A stretch of DNA of 64,000 bases from a virus (taxonomy: Duplodnaviria > Caudoviricetes), in IMG/VR virus record IMGVR_UViG_2706796753_000001, positions 64,001 through 128,000 of that record. One strand, written 5' to 3'. Shown here in pieces: positions 45,665 to 54,771 of the stretch (its first letter is position 1; each line of letters begins with the position of its first letter). The notes beneath the pieces are model-generated. The model saw nothing but the letters and a program-made list of their open reading frames with translations, was not told where the DNA came from and made no database searches. The position numbers and the translations under genes were made by a program.

Positions 45665-46952
45665 AATTATCGAACAACAACGTAAGGAATTAGAATCACA
45701 AGGAGGTAGTGATAATCCTAGAGTTGTTTATCCAACGTCTAAGCACAAACGCCTATTCTTCAACAAAGATGTAAAAGAAGTATTCGTTCAAATTTTACCA
45801 TCCGCTGATTTAGTAAGTGGATTCGCAGTACATAACCGTAAAATCTTCTTATCTGCAACGACATCTAAAGGTAAGAAAATCAACTCTAACTTCACGTTAG
45901 ATGGACATCCAAACGAAGGCTCTCTATTAGAGAACAAAATCGCTGAGTGGTCTGAAAAAGGAATGATTCCTACAGGTTTCGGGGGACAACAAAAACCAAA
46001 ACAATACTACACAGCTAACGTTGTACAAGTATTCGAAGACCAACAAGGTAACTTCTTCCATGAACGAGACCCACAAGGTAACTTAATTGTACGATTATTC
46101 GATATCCCACACTCTGCTTACAAAACAATCATCAACGCATTTGGTGATAAACGTTTAGCACGACAACGTGAGTTATCATTCATCGACCCGAACCAAGGCT
46201 CTCCAGTATTAATTAAGAAGCCAGCTAAAGGTCAAATGGAATACCCCGTAACAATCTATCAAGATTTCTTACCGCCATTAGGACAAGGTTGGGAAACTCA
46301 GTTAGAGGACTTACATGCACATTGCGTACCAACTGAACGACTTGAGAATGGATACTTATGGGTTGAAACATTCGTAAATATCTTAGAAGGTAAAACGAGT
46401 AATGGGAATGCAGCTCCAGTAGCACCGCAAACTCAAGCCGCAGGAAATCCTTACGCAGCTCAAGGTCAGTTACAAGTACCGAACCAAGGCAATCCGTTCG
46501 TACAGCAACAACCGCAAACACAGCAACCTGTGTATAGCCAAAACTTACATAACGTTCCACCGTATCAACAACAGCAACAACAGCAGCCTGTAATTAACAT
46601 GCCAACAGGTATGACGCAGCAACAACCGCAATACCAACAGCCTGTAAATCAACAACAGGTAGCACCACTGACTACAGGAGCTTATGTAGCACCTATGACA
46701 ACTGGACAAGTACCAGCACAACCTACATACCAAGCGCCACAACAGCCTGTGAACCAAGTTCCAGCACAACAGTCAGTACCCGTAAATCAAACGCCACAGT
46801 TTGAGCCAGACCCTCTTGATTTCAATATCGAGAATAACTTAGAGGTTAACGGAGGAGTTATTGCAACTGAACCTGATTTAACAGCACTACCTATCAACAG
46901 CAACGGTTTAGCTGACATCAACTCTCTTATCGACCAAGAGTTAGGAATTTAA
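45651..46952 (+). CDS. Single-stranded DNA-binding protein with long Gln/Pro-rich C-terminal region
   Basis: VQILPS motif; syntenic position before recA; acidic terminal tip; AGGAGG RBS. Confidence 0.75.
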   Translation: MNFAEIIEQQRKELESQGGSDNPRVVYPTSKHKRLFFNKDVKEVFVQILPSADLVSGFAVHNRKIFLSATTSKGKKINSNFTLDGHPNEGSLLENKIAEWSEKGMIPTGFGGQQKPKQYYTANVVQVFEDQQGNFFHERDPQGNLIVRLFDIPHSAYKTIINAFGDKRLARQRELSFIDPNQGSPVLIKKPAKGQMEYPVTIYQDFLPPLGQGWETQLEDLHAHCVPTERLENGYLWVETFVNILEGKTSNGNAAPVAPQTQAAGNPYAAQGQLQVPNQGNPFVQQQPQTQQPVYSQNLHNVPPYQQQQQQQPVINMPTGMTQQQPQYQQPVNQQQVAPLTTGAYVAPMTTGQVPAQPTYQAPQQPVNQVPAQQSVPVNQTPQFEPDPLDFNIENNLEVNGGVIATEPDLTALPINSNGLADINSLIDQELGI

Positions 46953-46953
46953 T

Positions 46954-46987
46954 AGAGACTGGTAATCCAGTCTCTCCCCTTAAGGGG
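46954..46987 (+). other. Double hairpin between SSB and recA (no U tract)
   Basis: agagactgg-taat-ccagtctct then cccct-ta-agggg. Confidence 0.6.
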
Positions 46988-47021
46988 TTCGATATGAAAA
47001 CATTAGGAGGAATACATACAT

Positions 47022-48221
47022 ATGGTAAAAGCAGTTAAAACAAACGATGTGGATTTTGATTTATCGGTATTGACAGATATTGATTCTGGGTTAGTCTTAT
47101 TACAAGACTCTGACTATGCAGAAATCAAAGATAGACTGCCAATGTTTATCCCACGATTAGATAGAATCTTAGGTGGAGGATTACCGTTCGGTCGTATGAT
47201 TGAGGTAGCAGGTGTACCGTCAGGTGGTAAATCCACATTATCTCACCATATCATGCGCGTAGCAACTCACTTAGGATGTATCTGTGTTCTGATTGACGTA
47301 GAGGGTACGAGTGATAAGTACCGACTAGCACAGTTAGGAATCGATACGAGAAAAGTAATCGTTAAGCAGCCTGATATCACAAAAGGTACAGCATTAACAG
47401 TAGAAGAAGTAGGCGAGACAATTGAGAAAACGTTAGAGCTATTCAAAGCTAAGTTCCCTGATAAACCTGTTGTTTATGTATGGGACTCTGTTGGACAAAC
47501 CCCTTCTATGGTAGAGTTAGCAAAAGACTTCGGTGAACAGAACGTAGGAGCTCGTGCAAAAGCTATTACACAGTTCGTTACAAAGGTCGCACCATTAATC
47601 TCACAAACTAAATCTCTATTCGTAGGGATTAACCAAGTACGTGACGATATCGGTGGTAATCCAATGTTCGCTCAAGTAAAAGTTCCAGGAGGTAAAGCTT
47701 GGGAGCATGCTGCATCTATTCGTCTATTAATCAAGAAAAGCTCTGCAATCACAAAGACTATCAAAGGTCAAAAAGAGCATTTAGGTCATCACATGAAAGT
47801 GAAAACGAATAAGAATAAGACTTGCCGACCAATGCAAGAGGTTACAACTTACTTATTAGCGGACACTGGTGTAGACTACGAGTACAACTTAATCAATATG
47901 GCTATTGATGAGAAGATTGCAAGTAAGTCAGGTCAAAGCTACGTGTACAAAGACCTAGCTGGTATCGAGCACAAAATGCTAGAGCAACGATTCCTTGACT
48001 GGATGCGAGACGATGAGGAAGGTAATAGAGTTCGTCAAGAGCTGTTAAACCGCCTAATCGAGATTGAATACGAGGGAGCTATCTACCCAGCATTACGAAA
48101 TGAAACACTACCGCTAGATGGATGGCTTGACCAAGTATTTGACCCTGCCGACACAGCAGTAGACGATACAGCGATTGTAGATATCCAGAAAGCGGAATCG
48201 TTAGACGATTTACTAGATTAG
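47022..48221 (+). CDS. recA: RecA/UvsX-like recombinase
   Basis: GGGLPFGRMIEVAGVPSGGKST, IDVE, WDSV, INQVRD, PGGKAWEH; no intein or intron evident. Confidence 0.93.
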   Translation: MVKAVKTNDVDFDLSVLTDIDSGLVLLQDSDYAEIKDRLPMFIPRLDRILGGGLPFGRMIEVAGVPSGGKSTLSHHIMRVATHLGCICVLIDVEGTSDKYRLAQLGIDTRKVIVKQPDITKGTALTVEEVGETIEKTLELFKAKFPDKPVVYVWDSVGQTPSMVELAKDFGEQNVGARAKAITQFVTKVAPLISQTKSLFVGINQVRDDIGGNPMFAQVKVPGGKAWEHAASIRLLIKKSSAITKTIKGQKEHLGHHMKVKTNKNKTCRPMQEVTTYLLADTGVDYEYNLINMAIDEKIASKSGQSYVYKDLAGIEHKMLEQRFLDWMRDDEEGNRVRQELLNRLIEIEYEGAIYPALRNETLPLDGWLDQVFDPADTAVDDTAIVDIQKAESLDDLLD

Positions 48222-48264
48222 GAGGGAGAGGTTAATTCCTCTTCCTTTATTACATATAGGGGGA

Positions 48265-48624
48265 TTGTTGATGCAGCAAAAGCAGACAAGAGCGGATGTC
48301 ATCAGTGAAGCGTTAGACTGTTACAGAGTACGTACAGTAGTGGAGGAGGATACAGCACCGTTATCTTACAATGTAGTGAAAGAGCGTATCGATAAGATTG
48401 TTAAGGATGGTAAGCCTATCATTCTAGAAATTAAAGATGCGTACAGTGTTCAAACGTCTATGGTTATCTTAGAAGAATCCTACGACCGATGGGCTAAGGG
48501 GTACTCTACTTGTTACTACGACGGTGAAGAGGTGAAAGTACCTTATACAATCCATTACTCTGACATCCTTTGTAAAAGGGTAGGCGTGAAGACGATAGTG
48601 AAGGGTATGAATCCGATTGGCTAG
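48265..48624 (+). CDS. Conserved hypothetical protein
   Basis: VPYTIHYSDI; syntenic between recA and the sigma factor. Confidence 0.75.
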   Translation: MLMQQKQTRADVISEALDCYRVRTVVEEDTAPLSYNVVKERIDKIVKDGKPIILEIKDAYSVQTSMVILEESYDRWAKGYSTCYYDGEEVKVPYTIHYSDILCKRVGVKTIVKGMNPIG

Positions 48625-49261
48625 AAAATTAGAACAAGAAGAACAACGTATATTGAATGGGAATAGGTTTTTAAAGAACGTAGAAGCCACTACAGGCGTC
48701 TTATCGCGTGATACAGACCAATTGTTCCACCAATACAAAAACCTTCGTGTAGCCGTGTATAACGAGTTTAAAGGGTATATATCCGATGAAGCTACTCGAA
48801 AGGAATTATGGAGTTACATATCAGAGCATTTCGTACGATTGGTAAAAGAATATCATATCAATGGTGAGGTTGATTTCCCTTACTATATTAAAAACAAACT
48901 TAAGCTACGAGTAAAGAACAGCTTTATCAAAAACAACTACCGAGATAAAAACCGTGTATTTGTTACAAGAAAAGATGTAGATGTAGCGAACTTAATCGAG
49001 GAAGAAGAAGCACACGATATCGAGCTAGACTACTATGAAGTCCTTGAGTACGTACTATACGGCGTACATCTAGACGAGATAGATAGAGATATCCTGTACT
49101 TACTTATTAGTGAGCAAAAAGATAACTACATAGAGAAGATTCTGTACAGTAGATATGCAAAAGAAGGTGTAGCAGCTCTCACAATCCAAGAGAAGATTGC
49201 GGATTTAAAAGAGTTACTACGGACGAGATTGCATGAGTCTTTGGAAAGGAGAAATCGATGA
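48617..49261 (+). CDS. Phage RNA polymerase sigma factor
   Basis: LFHQYKNLR, FVRLVKEY...DFPYYIKNKL region-2-like motifs; synteny. Confidence 0.82.
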   Translation: MARKLEQEEQRILNGNRFLKNVEATTGVLSRDTDQLFHQYKNLRVAVYNEFKGYISDEATRKELWSYISEHFVRLVKEYHINGEVDFPYYIKNKLKLRVKNSFIKNNYRDKNRVFVTRKDVDVANLIEEEEAHDIELDYYEVLEYVLYGVHLDEIDRDILYLLISEQKDNYIEKILYSRYAKEGVAALTIQEKIADLKELLRTRLHESLERRNR

Positions 49262-49428
49262 AGGTATTAGTAGAGATGGGTATCGAATTTGATAATCTCC
49301 CTGATGATTTTTATTTAAATAAATCAACTAAAGAGGAGCTGGTAGAGGATTGGCTACTAGATGTAGCGGATGCGTACACCAATACCAGCGTCTCAGTAAA
49401 TAGAGTGGAGGTTATTGATGAACGCTAA
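49258..49428 (+). CDS. 56-aa acidic protein (not in ORF track)
   Basis: AAAGGAG RBS, ATGA overlap; MKVLVEMGIEFD...VEVIDER. Confidence 0.7.
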   Translation: MKVLVEMGIEFDNLPDDFYLNKSTKEELVEDWLLDVADAYTNTSVSVNRVEVIDER

Positions 49429-49564
49429 AGTAGTTTTGGATGTGTGGTTTGATGTAGAGAGTATGAATGAGAATGATGTGAAAAGCATCATAGAGGATGC
49501 GATAGATTCGTATCATGGCTGCGCTCATATATACTCTGTGGAGTTAACACCAGACGAAGATTAA
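49418..49564 (+). CDS. 48-aa acidic protein (not in ORF track)
   Basis: GGAGG RBS; MNAKVVLDVWFD...VELTPDED. Confidence 0.7.
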   Translation: MNAKVVLDVWFDVESMNENDVKSIIEDAIDSYHGCAHIYSVELTPDED

Positions 49565-49591
49565 GAAATACCTCTACGAACTGCTATATTA
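49565..49591 (+). promoter_or_regulatory. Candidate phage-sigma (late) promoter upstream of holin
   Basis: GAAATA-N11-TGCTATATTA. Confidence 0.62.
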
Positions 49592-49620
49592 TATACAGAA
49601 AACTATGAGAGGTGAATAAT

Positions 49621-49923
49621 ATGGATAATCAAAACCATAAAGAACAAACGGTATTCGTACCAGAGGAAGCACCTGCAATTACCGCAGGTACATTAGTGCG
49701 CTTTGTTGTGTTCCTAGTAGCGATTGTGAATGCTATCTCAGCTATGTTAGGTCATGCATTGAATTGGGATGTAGACCAAAACATGTTGTATGAAGTATTC
49801 TCAGCAGTATTGTTACTTGTATCAGCAGGTCACATGGCTTGGAAGAACAACAACGTCACGAAGCAAGCCCGTATTAAGGCTCATGTAGCAGAGCAAATTA
49901 CAAACGATAAGGAGACTAAATAA
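49621..49923 (+). CDS. Holin (SPP1-type)
   Basis: ITAGTLVRFVVFLVAIVN...AWKNNNVT; two transmembrane segments; GAGGTG RBS. Confidence 0.88.
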   Translation: MDNQNHKEQTVFVPEEAPAITAGTLVRFVVFLVAIVNAISAMLGHALNWDVDQNMLYEVFSAVLLLVSAGHMAWKNNNVTKQARIKAHVAEQITNDKETK

Positions 49924-50405
49924 TGGCTAAATTATTATCAGAAGTTTTGAAACAAGCAACGATTACACTAAATGCAGGTGACTACTTAGCGACTTATGTC
50001 CGCTCAGAAGGGTACTTACCATCACGTGAAGATACCGTAAATCTAGCACAAGGTAAAGTATTATTCAAAGTTATTGCTGCTGATGGCGGTAAACACGTCG
50101 TTCCTGTAGAAGTAGGTGCAGGGGGTAAAGGATTAGTAGAAGTGAAAGACCGTCCTATCATCCGTGCTAAAGGTACGGAGATTGTGTACACAGTCGGACG
50201 TAATCACCCTACATACCGCGATGGTTACCAAGGTCGAGGTTTTGATACTGTTACAGGTATTAAAGCAGAGGCGTTAGACCGAGAAATCTTAATCGCATTC
50301 TTACAATTCGCAAATACAGAGTACTCTCTAGGAGTAAACGACTTCCGCTTAGGTGGAGAAGAGTTACTAGACTTAGGTACTCCAACACCTCCAGTAGGAG
50401 GCTAA
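49923..50405 (+). CDS. Probable virion structural/decoration protein
   Basis: Coupled to holin behind a late-type promoter; Pro-rich end (PTPPVGG); position matches a structural gene after sigma in related phages. Confidence 0.55.
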   Translation: MAKLLSEVLKQATITLNAGDYLATYVRSEGYLPSREDTVNLAQGKVLFKVIAADGGKHVVPVEVGAGGKGLVEVKDRPIIRAKGTEIVYTVGRNHPTYRDGYQGRGFDTVTGIKAEALDREILIAFLQFANTEYSLGVNDFRLGGEELLDLGTPTPPVGG

Positions 50406-50417
50406 TAAACTACTAAG

Positions 50418-50447
50418 ATAGAAGGTCTAAAAGCCTTCTATTTTTTT
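50418..50447 (+). terminator. Intrinsic terminator
   Basis: atagaaggt-ctaaaa-gccttctat + T run. Confidence 0.8.
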
Positions 50448-50459
50448 ATGTAAAATTGG

Positions 50460-50488
50460 TTGACTTTACTAGTTTTATATGTTATTAT
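50460..50488 (+). promoter_or_regulatory. SigA-type promoter
   Basis: TTGACT-17-TATTAT with extended TG. Confidence 0.75.
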
Positions 50489-50519
50489 TTTTATATACTT
50501 AATAAAAGGAGGAGAATGC

Positions 50520-50999
50520 ATGGGAAACTACACAGGTCTTCGTATGAAAGTCTATGTAAAACCAGAGTACAGAGACCTAATTAAGAAGGTTCATGAATAT
50601 GATATGGAAGACTGGGGTGACTTCGTTCCAGAGTATCCGTTCTTAGCAGCGTTTGCTCACAAGGATAGGAACACATTTATACCGCATGGTTCGATATGCT
50701 ATATGCCTGAGTCTTGGGCTTCGTGGGACGATGACACACATGTGAAAACAATACATAACGGATTTGAACATAGTTTTAATGAGAATACAGGTTACTGGAC
50801 ATTTGCATGCAGCTTAAAGAATTATGAAGGTGAACTTGGCATCTTCTTAGAGAGCGTAGCATCGCAAATTATACAACCTTTAATGCCACAGTACATAGAA
50901 GTTCTTTACGAAGAGTGGACAAGCGGTAAATTATATGAGGTTGACACGAATGGGGAAATTGGTATTGTAGGTTACAAAGACTATGAGGAGGATTTTTGA
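50520..50999 (+). CDS. Conserved phage hypothetical protein
   Basis: AAGGAGG RBS before ATG 50520; MGNYTGLR...CSLKNY. Confidence 0.78.
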   Translation: MGNYTGLRMKVYVKPEYRDLIKKVHEYDMEDWGDFVPEYPFLAAFAHKDRNTFIPHGSICYMPESWASWDDDTHVKTIHNGFEHSFNENTGYWTFACSLKNYEGELGIFLESVASQIIQPLMPQYIEVLYEEWTSGKLYEVDTNGEIGIVGYKDYEEDF

Positions 51000-51979
51000 T
51001 GGAAAAAGAGATAGTAAAAGTATTTACTACAGGTTCTTTTGAGAACGTTGTAGGCGTTGCTATGTTAGAAGAGATTCTATGTACACCTAAAGATGATGGT
51101 GCAGAACCTTTTCTAGGAATTACTGGTTTCGATGTAGAAGTTGAGTACGTTAAGTATTTAGATTTCCGTAATGTCGAACAGTTCAAAGGCTACAAGAACA
51201 TTATCATCATGGGCTGCGCTTATATGGGTGGTAATCTACCAGCAGAACTAGCTATTGAGCTGGACAACCCTTTTACAAATGTACTACATGTTGCGACATT
51301 TGGTGAACCACTACCTTATGAGCATGTTGTATCGTTAGTAGAAGAAGATAAAGCATCAGCAGCTACAGTCCTTCAAGTATTACAGACAGCGAATGTATTA
51401 ACATCTATCGCGAATAACGGTAACTACTCTAAGAAGGCGGAAGCGTTAGCAGAGGCTGCAAATGACTACCATAACTGGACATGGTACGATAATAAAATTA
51501 CGAAGATTTTGAAATCTTTACATAACGCTCATGGGAAATACTTACCACATCTATTAAAAGGTAAAACTGTAAATTCTGTAGTGAAAGAGCAGCAGCATGC
51601 AATTGCAGGACAGCTCATGATGATGGAAGAATACATAGAAGATAAATTGAAACAAGCCATTACATTCCGTGGTCGTATTGGCGGAGTAGAGTGTATGGTT
51701 CGTACTACATACGCAGAGCAGCACGTAAACGAAGTAGCAAATAGATTACTAGAAATGAATTCATACGGAATCCCTGTAGTCGCTTGTGTGGGTAGAACAA
51801 CAAACGGAAATGACATGTTCTCTATTCGTACTAAAGGTGTACGTGCTGATGACTTTATTCAGAGTATCACAGGAGAGCGCACAGGTAAAGAGAAAGTTGG
51901 TAACCTATTTGTTCCAATTAAATATAACGATTTGATGAGTAAGAGTATGATGGAGGCTTTAAATCACGCAAATGGCTAA
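50996..51979 (+). CDS. Degenerate DHH/DHHA1-like protein
   Basis: NDYHNWTW and FSIRT resemble the DHH-family scaffold; catalytic DxD and DHH motifs not found. Confidence 0.5.
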   Translation: MMEKEIVKVFTTGSFENVVGVAMLEEILCTPKDDGAEPFLGITGFDVEVEYVKYLDFRNVEQFKGYKNIIIMGCAYMGGNLPAELAIELDNPFTNVLHVATFGEPLPYEHVVSLVEEDKASAATVLQVLQTANVLTSIANNGNYSKKAEALAEAANDYHNWTWYDNKITKILKSLHNAHGKYLPHLLKGKTVNSVVKEQQHAIAGQLMMMEEYIEDKLKQAITFRGRIGGVECMVRTTYAEQHVNEVANRLLEMNSYGIPVVACVGRTTNGNDMFSIRTKGVRADDFIQSITGERTGKEKVGNLFVPIKYNDLMSKSMMEALNHANG

Positions 51980-52008
51980 AACACTACTAGAGAGAGGAAG
52001 ACGTTAAT

Positions 52009-53295
52009 TTGGCAAATGAATTAAAGATTGAGGGCTACGCAGGTACAGCAGCAGTAGTCATGGGTTATTTGAAACGAGAGAATCAGAAGATTTCTAAAGC
52101 GGACTTTAATAGGTTAATCAAAGGCTACGGTTATGACTCTGTTACGATGGACGAGATTAAGAGCCTAGCGAAAGATATTAATAATGATACGCTATTGTCA
52201 ACAACATACCACATGGCACTAGAGGGTAAATTAACATTAGATGATGTTCAACCTATCACGATTGAGGGTGCTGTGAAAGAGGCTGACGTATTCTCAATGG
52301 TAACACCTTATATCATGGAGAAACAAGGCTCTATGGAGTTCTTACGCGAGTTTAGAAAGGTGCAAAGAGATGGTACAGCTCTTAAGATACTAATGGAAGA
52401 CTTAAAAGAGTCATTAGCAGAAGAGCTAAAAGATTTACCAACACCTAAGTATCTTAAAACGGGGCAGATGGTTCAAAGATTCCACAACGGTAAAGCTTTA
52501 ATCATTGCCTTCTCAGATTGGCATGTAGGATTAGAGACATTTGGTTCTCGAACAGGTAACTATAACTTCGATAGGTTAGCTACATCCGTAAACTCTATTG
52601 TGGATTGGGCTTTAGAACAGATGGATGAGCGTACGTTCGAAGAAGTCCATGTCGTGTTCTTAGGAGACTTAATTGAAAACCAAGTTATGCGTAATACACA
52701 ATCATTCGACTTAGAGTTCCATATGGCAGCGCAGATTTCTAAATCTTTAAAACTGATTACAGAAATGCTCCTTAAGCTATCAGAGAAACAACATATCAAC
52801 TTTAGTATGATTACTGGAAATCACTCACGATTCTTCCAAAATAAGAATGATAATTTACATAATAACAACGTAGAGTATATCGTACTAGATAACTTGTTCA
52901 TGCTGCAAGAGACCTTAGGACAACTTCCAAACGTTACATTACATGATAACCGTGAAGATATGGATAGATTCGATATTGATGTAGTAGGTCACCGTATTGT
53001 AGGCGTTCATGGAGATAAGATGCCTAAAGGTAAAGAGAAGATTCCAGTGTACATGAAGGATGGTATTGAAATTTCAATCCTATTATCTGGTCACTTACAC
53101 TCGACAGAAATTGTACAAGAGTCTTATTCTCGATTACATACGCAAGTAGGTTCAACTGTAGGAGAAAATGATTATAGCCGCAGCTTGAATTGTCCGATTA
53201 CAAGTCCTGCTCAGATGGCTATCGTGCTTACTAGAGGACGACATACGAAAGAATTAACACCATTAATCTTAGGAGAAAACGGAGAGATTGCATAG
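52009..53295 (+). CDS. Calcineurin-like metallophosphoesterase
   Basis: SDWH, LGDLIE, GNH, HGD, GHLH. Confidence 0.88.
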   Translation: MANELKIEGYAGTAAVVMGYLKRENQKISKADFNRLIKGYGYDSVTMDEIKSLAKDINNDTLLSTTYHMALEGKLTLDDVQPITIEGAVKEADVFSMVTPYIMEKQGSMEFLREFRKVQRDGTALKILMEDLKESLAEELKDLPTPKYLKTGQMVQRFHNGKALIIAFSDWHVGLETFGSRTGNYNFDRLATSVNSIVDWALEQMDERTFEEVHVVFLGDLIENQVMRNTQSFDLEFHMAAQISKSLKLITEMLLKLSEKQHINFSMITGNHSRFFQNKNDNLHNNNVEYIVLDNLFMLQETLGQLPNVTLHDNREDMDRFDIDVVGHRIVGVHGDKMPKGKEKIPVYMKDGIEISILLSGHLHSTEIVQESYSRLHTQVGSTVGENDYSRSLNCPITSPAQMAIVLTRGRHTKELTPLILGENGEIA

Positions 53296-53319
53296 TCTCT
53301 CCTAAAGGAGGAAATTATA

Positions 53320-53727
53320 ATGGCGCAACATCCGAATTATCAACCAGCACCTATGGGATTACCTTCACTATATACCGATAATGAAAACTACCCTTATAGA
53401 CTAGCTGTAGACCCACCAACTGAAAAAGACGATTTTATTGACCTTACTGGGAAAGATGATTTTATTGACATCCCGTTACATGCAGAGTCAGAAGGTAAAG
53501 TAGATGGGAGACTTGATGCTATATCAGTAACTGAGGACTATCGTAAAGTTATCAATTTCAATGCTTGGTTAAAGCCTCACGATTCTAAGGTCAATGATGC
53601 TGATATCCATCTTAAGTTGGTGCGAGAACTGACTACAGAAACTATTGAAGACTTAATGGAGTCTGCTGAGTTATCTGAGGTAGAGATAACAAGAGTAACT
53701 ATCGATACAACGAGATATAAAAATTAA
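53320..53727 (+). CDS. Acidic hypothetical protein
   Basis: AAGGAGG RBS; KDDFID duplicated. Confidence 0.72.
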   Translation: MAQHPNYQPAPMGLPSLYTDNENYPYRLAVDPPTEKDDFIDLTGKDDFIDIPLHAESEGKVDGRLDAISVTEDYRKVINFNAWLKPHDSKVNDADIHLKLVRELTTETIEDLMESAELSEVEITRVTIDTTRYKN

Positions 53728-53739
53728 AGGAGGACATTC

Positions 53740-54126
53740 ATGAGTTTATCACATGATTATCTATTACTATTTTACTTTGTATTAGCGCAGCTATTAGTAA
53801 TCTACTTCTGGAATATTAAAGGGTTAATCGATAACGTTAAAGAGATTAAAGAGAAGGGTGAAACACCACTAACAACGCGTAGTGCGATAGGTGTCGTGCT
53901 TTCGTTTATTGTTGAAGCCCTTACCTCATTCTTAGTCATCGCAGCTCTAGACACTGTTGTAGACTTATCGCTAAATGTATTCGTCACAATCGGTGCAGTA
54001 ATCTTAGTAACTATTTTAAGAAACATTGTAGCGTATCTAGTAATGTATGGTTACTGGGATAGTATTGTTAAAGCCACAGAGAAAAAAGTAAAACAAGAAT
54101 TGCTGCAAGAAATCGGAGAAGAGTAA
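53740..54126 (+). CDS. Conserved membrane protein (about 3 TM)
   Basis: Three hydrophobic segments; AAGGAGG RBS. Confidence 0.8.
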   Translation: MSLSHDYLLLFYFVLAQLLVIYFWNIKGLIDNVKEIKEKGETPLTTRSAIGVVLSFIVEALTSFLVIAALDTVVDLSLNVFVTIGAVILVTILRNIVAYLVMYGYWDSIVKATEKKVKQELLQEIGEE

Positions 54127-54141
54127 AATCTTCTCTTTTTT
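54116..54141 (+). terminator. Intrinsic terminator
   Basis: gagaaga...tcttctc + T6. Confidence 0.75.
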
Positions 54142-54142
54142 G

Positions 54143-54182
54143 TTGACTTTTTATAAATGCTATATTATACTTAAAGTATAAT
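54143..54182 (+). promoter_or_regulatory. SigA-type promoter with a 19-bp palindrome over the -10/+1
   Basis: TTGACT-17-TATACT; ATTATACTT-A-AAGTATAAT at 54164-54182. Confidence 0.8.
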
Positions 54183-54200
54183 TTGAAAGGGGAGATATCT

Positions 54201-54533
54201 ATGAATGAGTATTTACTGAGACAGTTCGTTGAGCTAAGTGTTTACAATGAAAAGAGTTTAGAACAGACGGGTTTAAAACTTATGGAAGAATCGGGAGAAG
54301 TTGCAGAAGCTCTTTTATCGTTTACAAATGCAGCAGGAAGTACATATAAAGCTAAGGACTACCATGATTTAGTAGAAGAATTAGTTGATGTAATTATGGT
54401 AGCGCAATCTATGTTGTATCGCTTAGGTGCTAGTGATGCTCTAACAGATGAAGTGTTAGAAAAGAAAATTAAGAAGTGGGCGGCTACGACTGCTGTGAAA
54501 AAATTCGTGGAGGATGACAGTTATGACGACTGA
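54201..54533 (+). CDS. mazG: MazG-like nucleotide pyrophosphohydrolase
   Basis: KLMEESGEVAEA...EELVDV...KKIKKW. Confidence 0.85.
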   Translation: MNEYLLRQFVELSVYNEKSLEQTGLKLMEESGEVAEALLSFTNAAGSTYKAKDYHDLVEELVDVIMVAQSMLYRLGASDALTDEVLEKKIKKWAATTAVKKFVEDDSYDD

Positions 54534-54762
54534 TATTAGAGAAGCTGTAGTAGAAGACCGAGAGATTAAGTCGAAATATAAAATTAAATTTGGTGATAGC
54601 CCTACGCAAGCAGAAATGGGTGAGGAATTTATTGAACTTATGCGAGCACCTACAGCAGTAGAAGTACAAACACTCCTTGACTTGAACGGAGCTACTATGT
54701 GTATAGTAGAGGAAATAACATCAGATGCACGTATGTATAGATATAATGACGGATGGATGTAG
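54514..54762 (+). CDS. Hypothetical protein
   Basis: GGAGG RBS; start probably ATG 54523. Confidence 0.68.
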   Translation: MTVMTTDIREAVVEDREIKSKYKIKFGDSPTQAEMGEEFIELMRAPTAVEVQTLLDLNGATMCIVEEITSDARMYRYNDGWM

Positions 54763-54771
54763 GAGGTAACT

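Noticed and set aside
46400-46800. CAA/CAG-rich repeats as a CRISPR-like or non-coding array
   Set aside because: No fixed repeat-spacer structure; explained by Gln/Pro codons
50380-50410. Programmed frameshift adding an Ig-like domain to the 160-aa protein
   Set aside because: No CCC-TAA type slippery site; double stop and terminator follow; no downstream extension ORF
54158-54167. TGCTATATTA as a fourth phage-sigma promoter
   Set aside because: No GAAA element at the fixed spacing, and the site is explained by a SigA promoter; a dual promoter is not excluded
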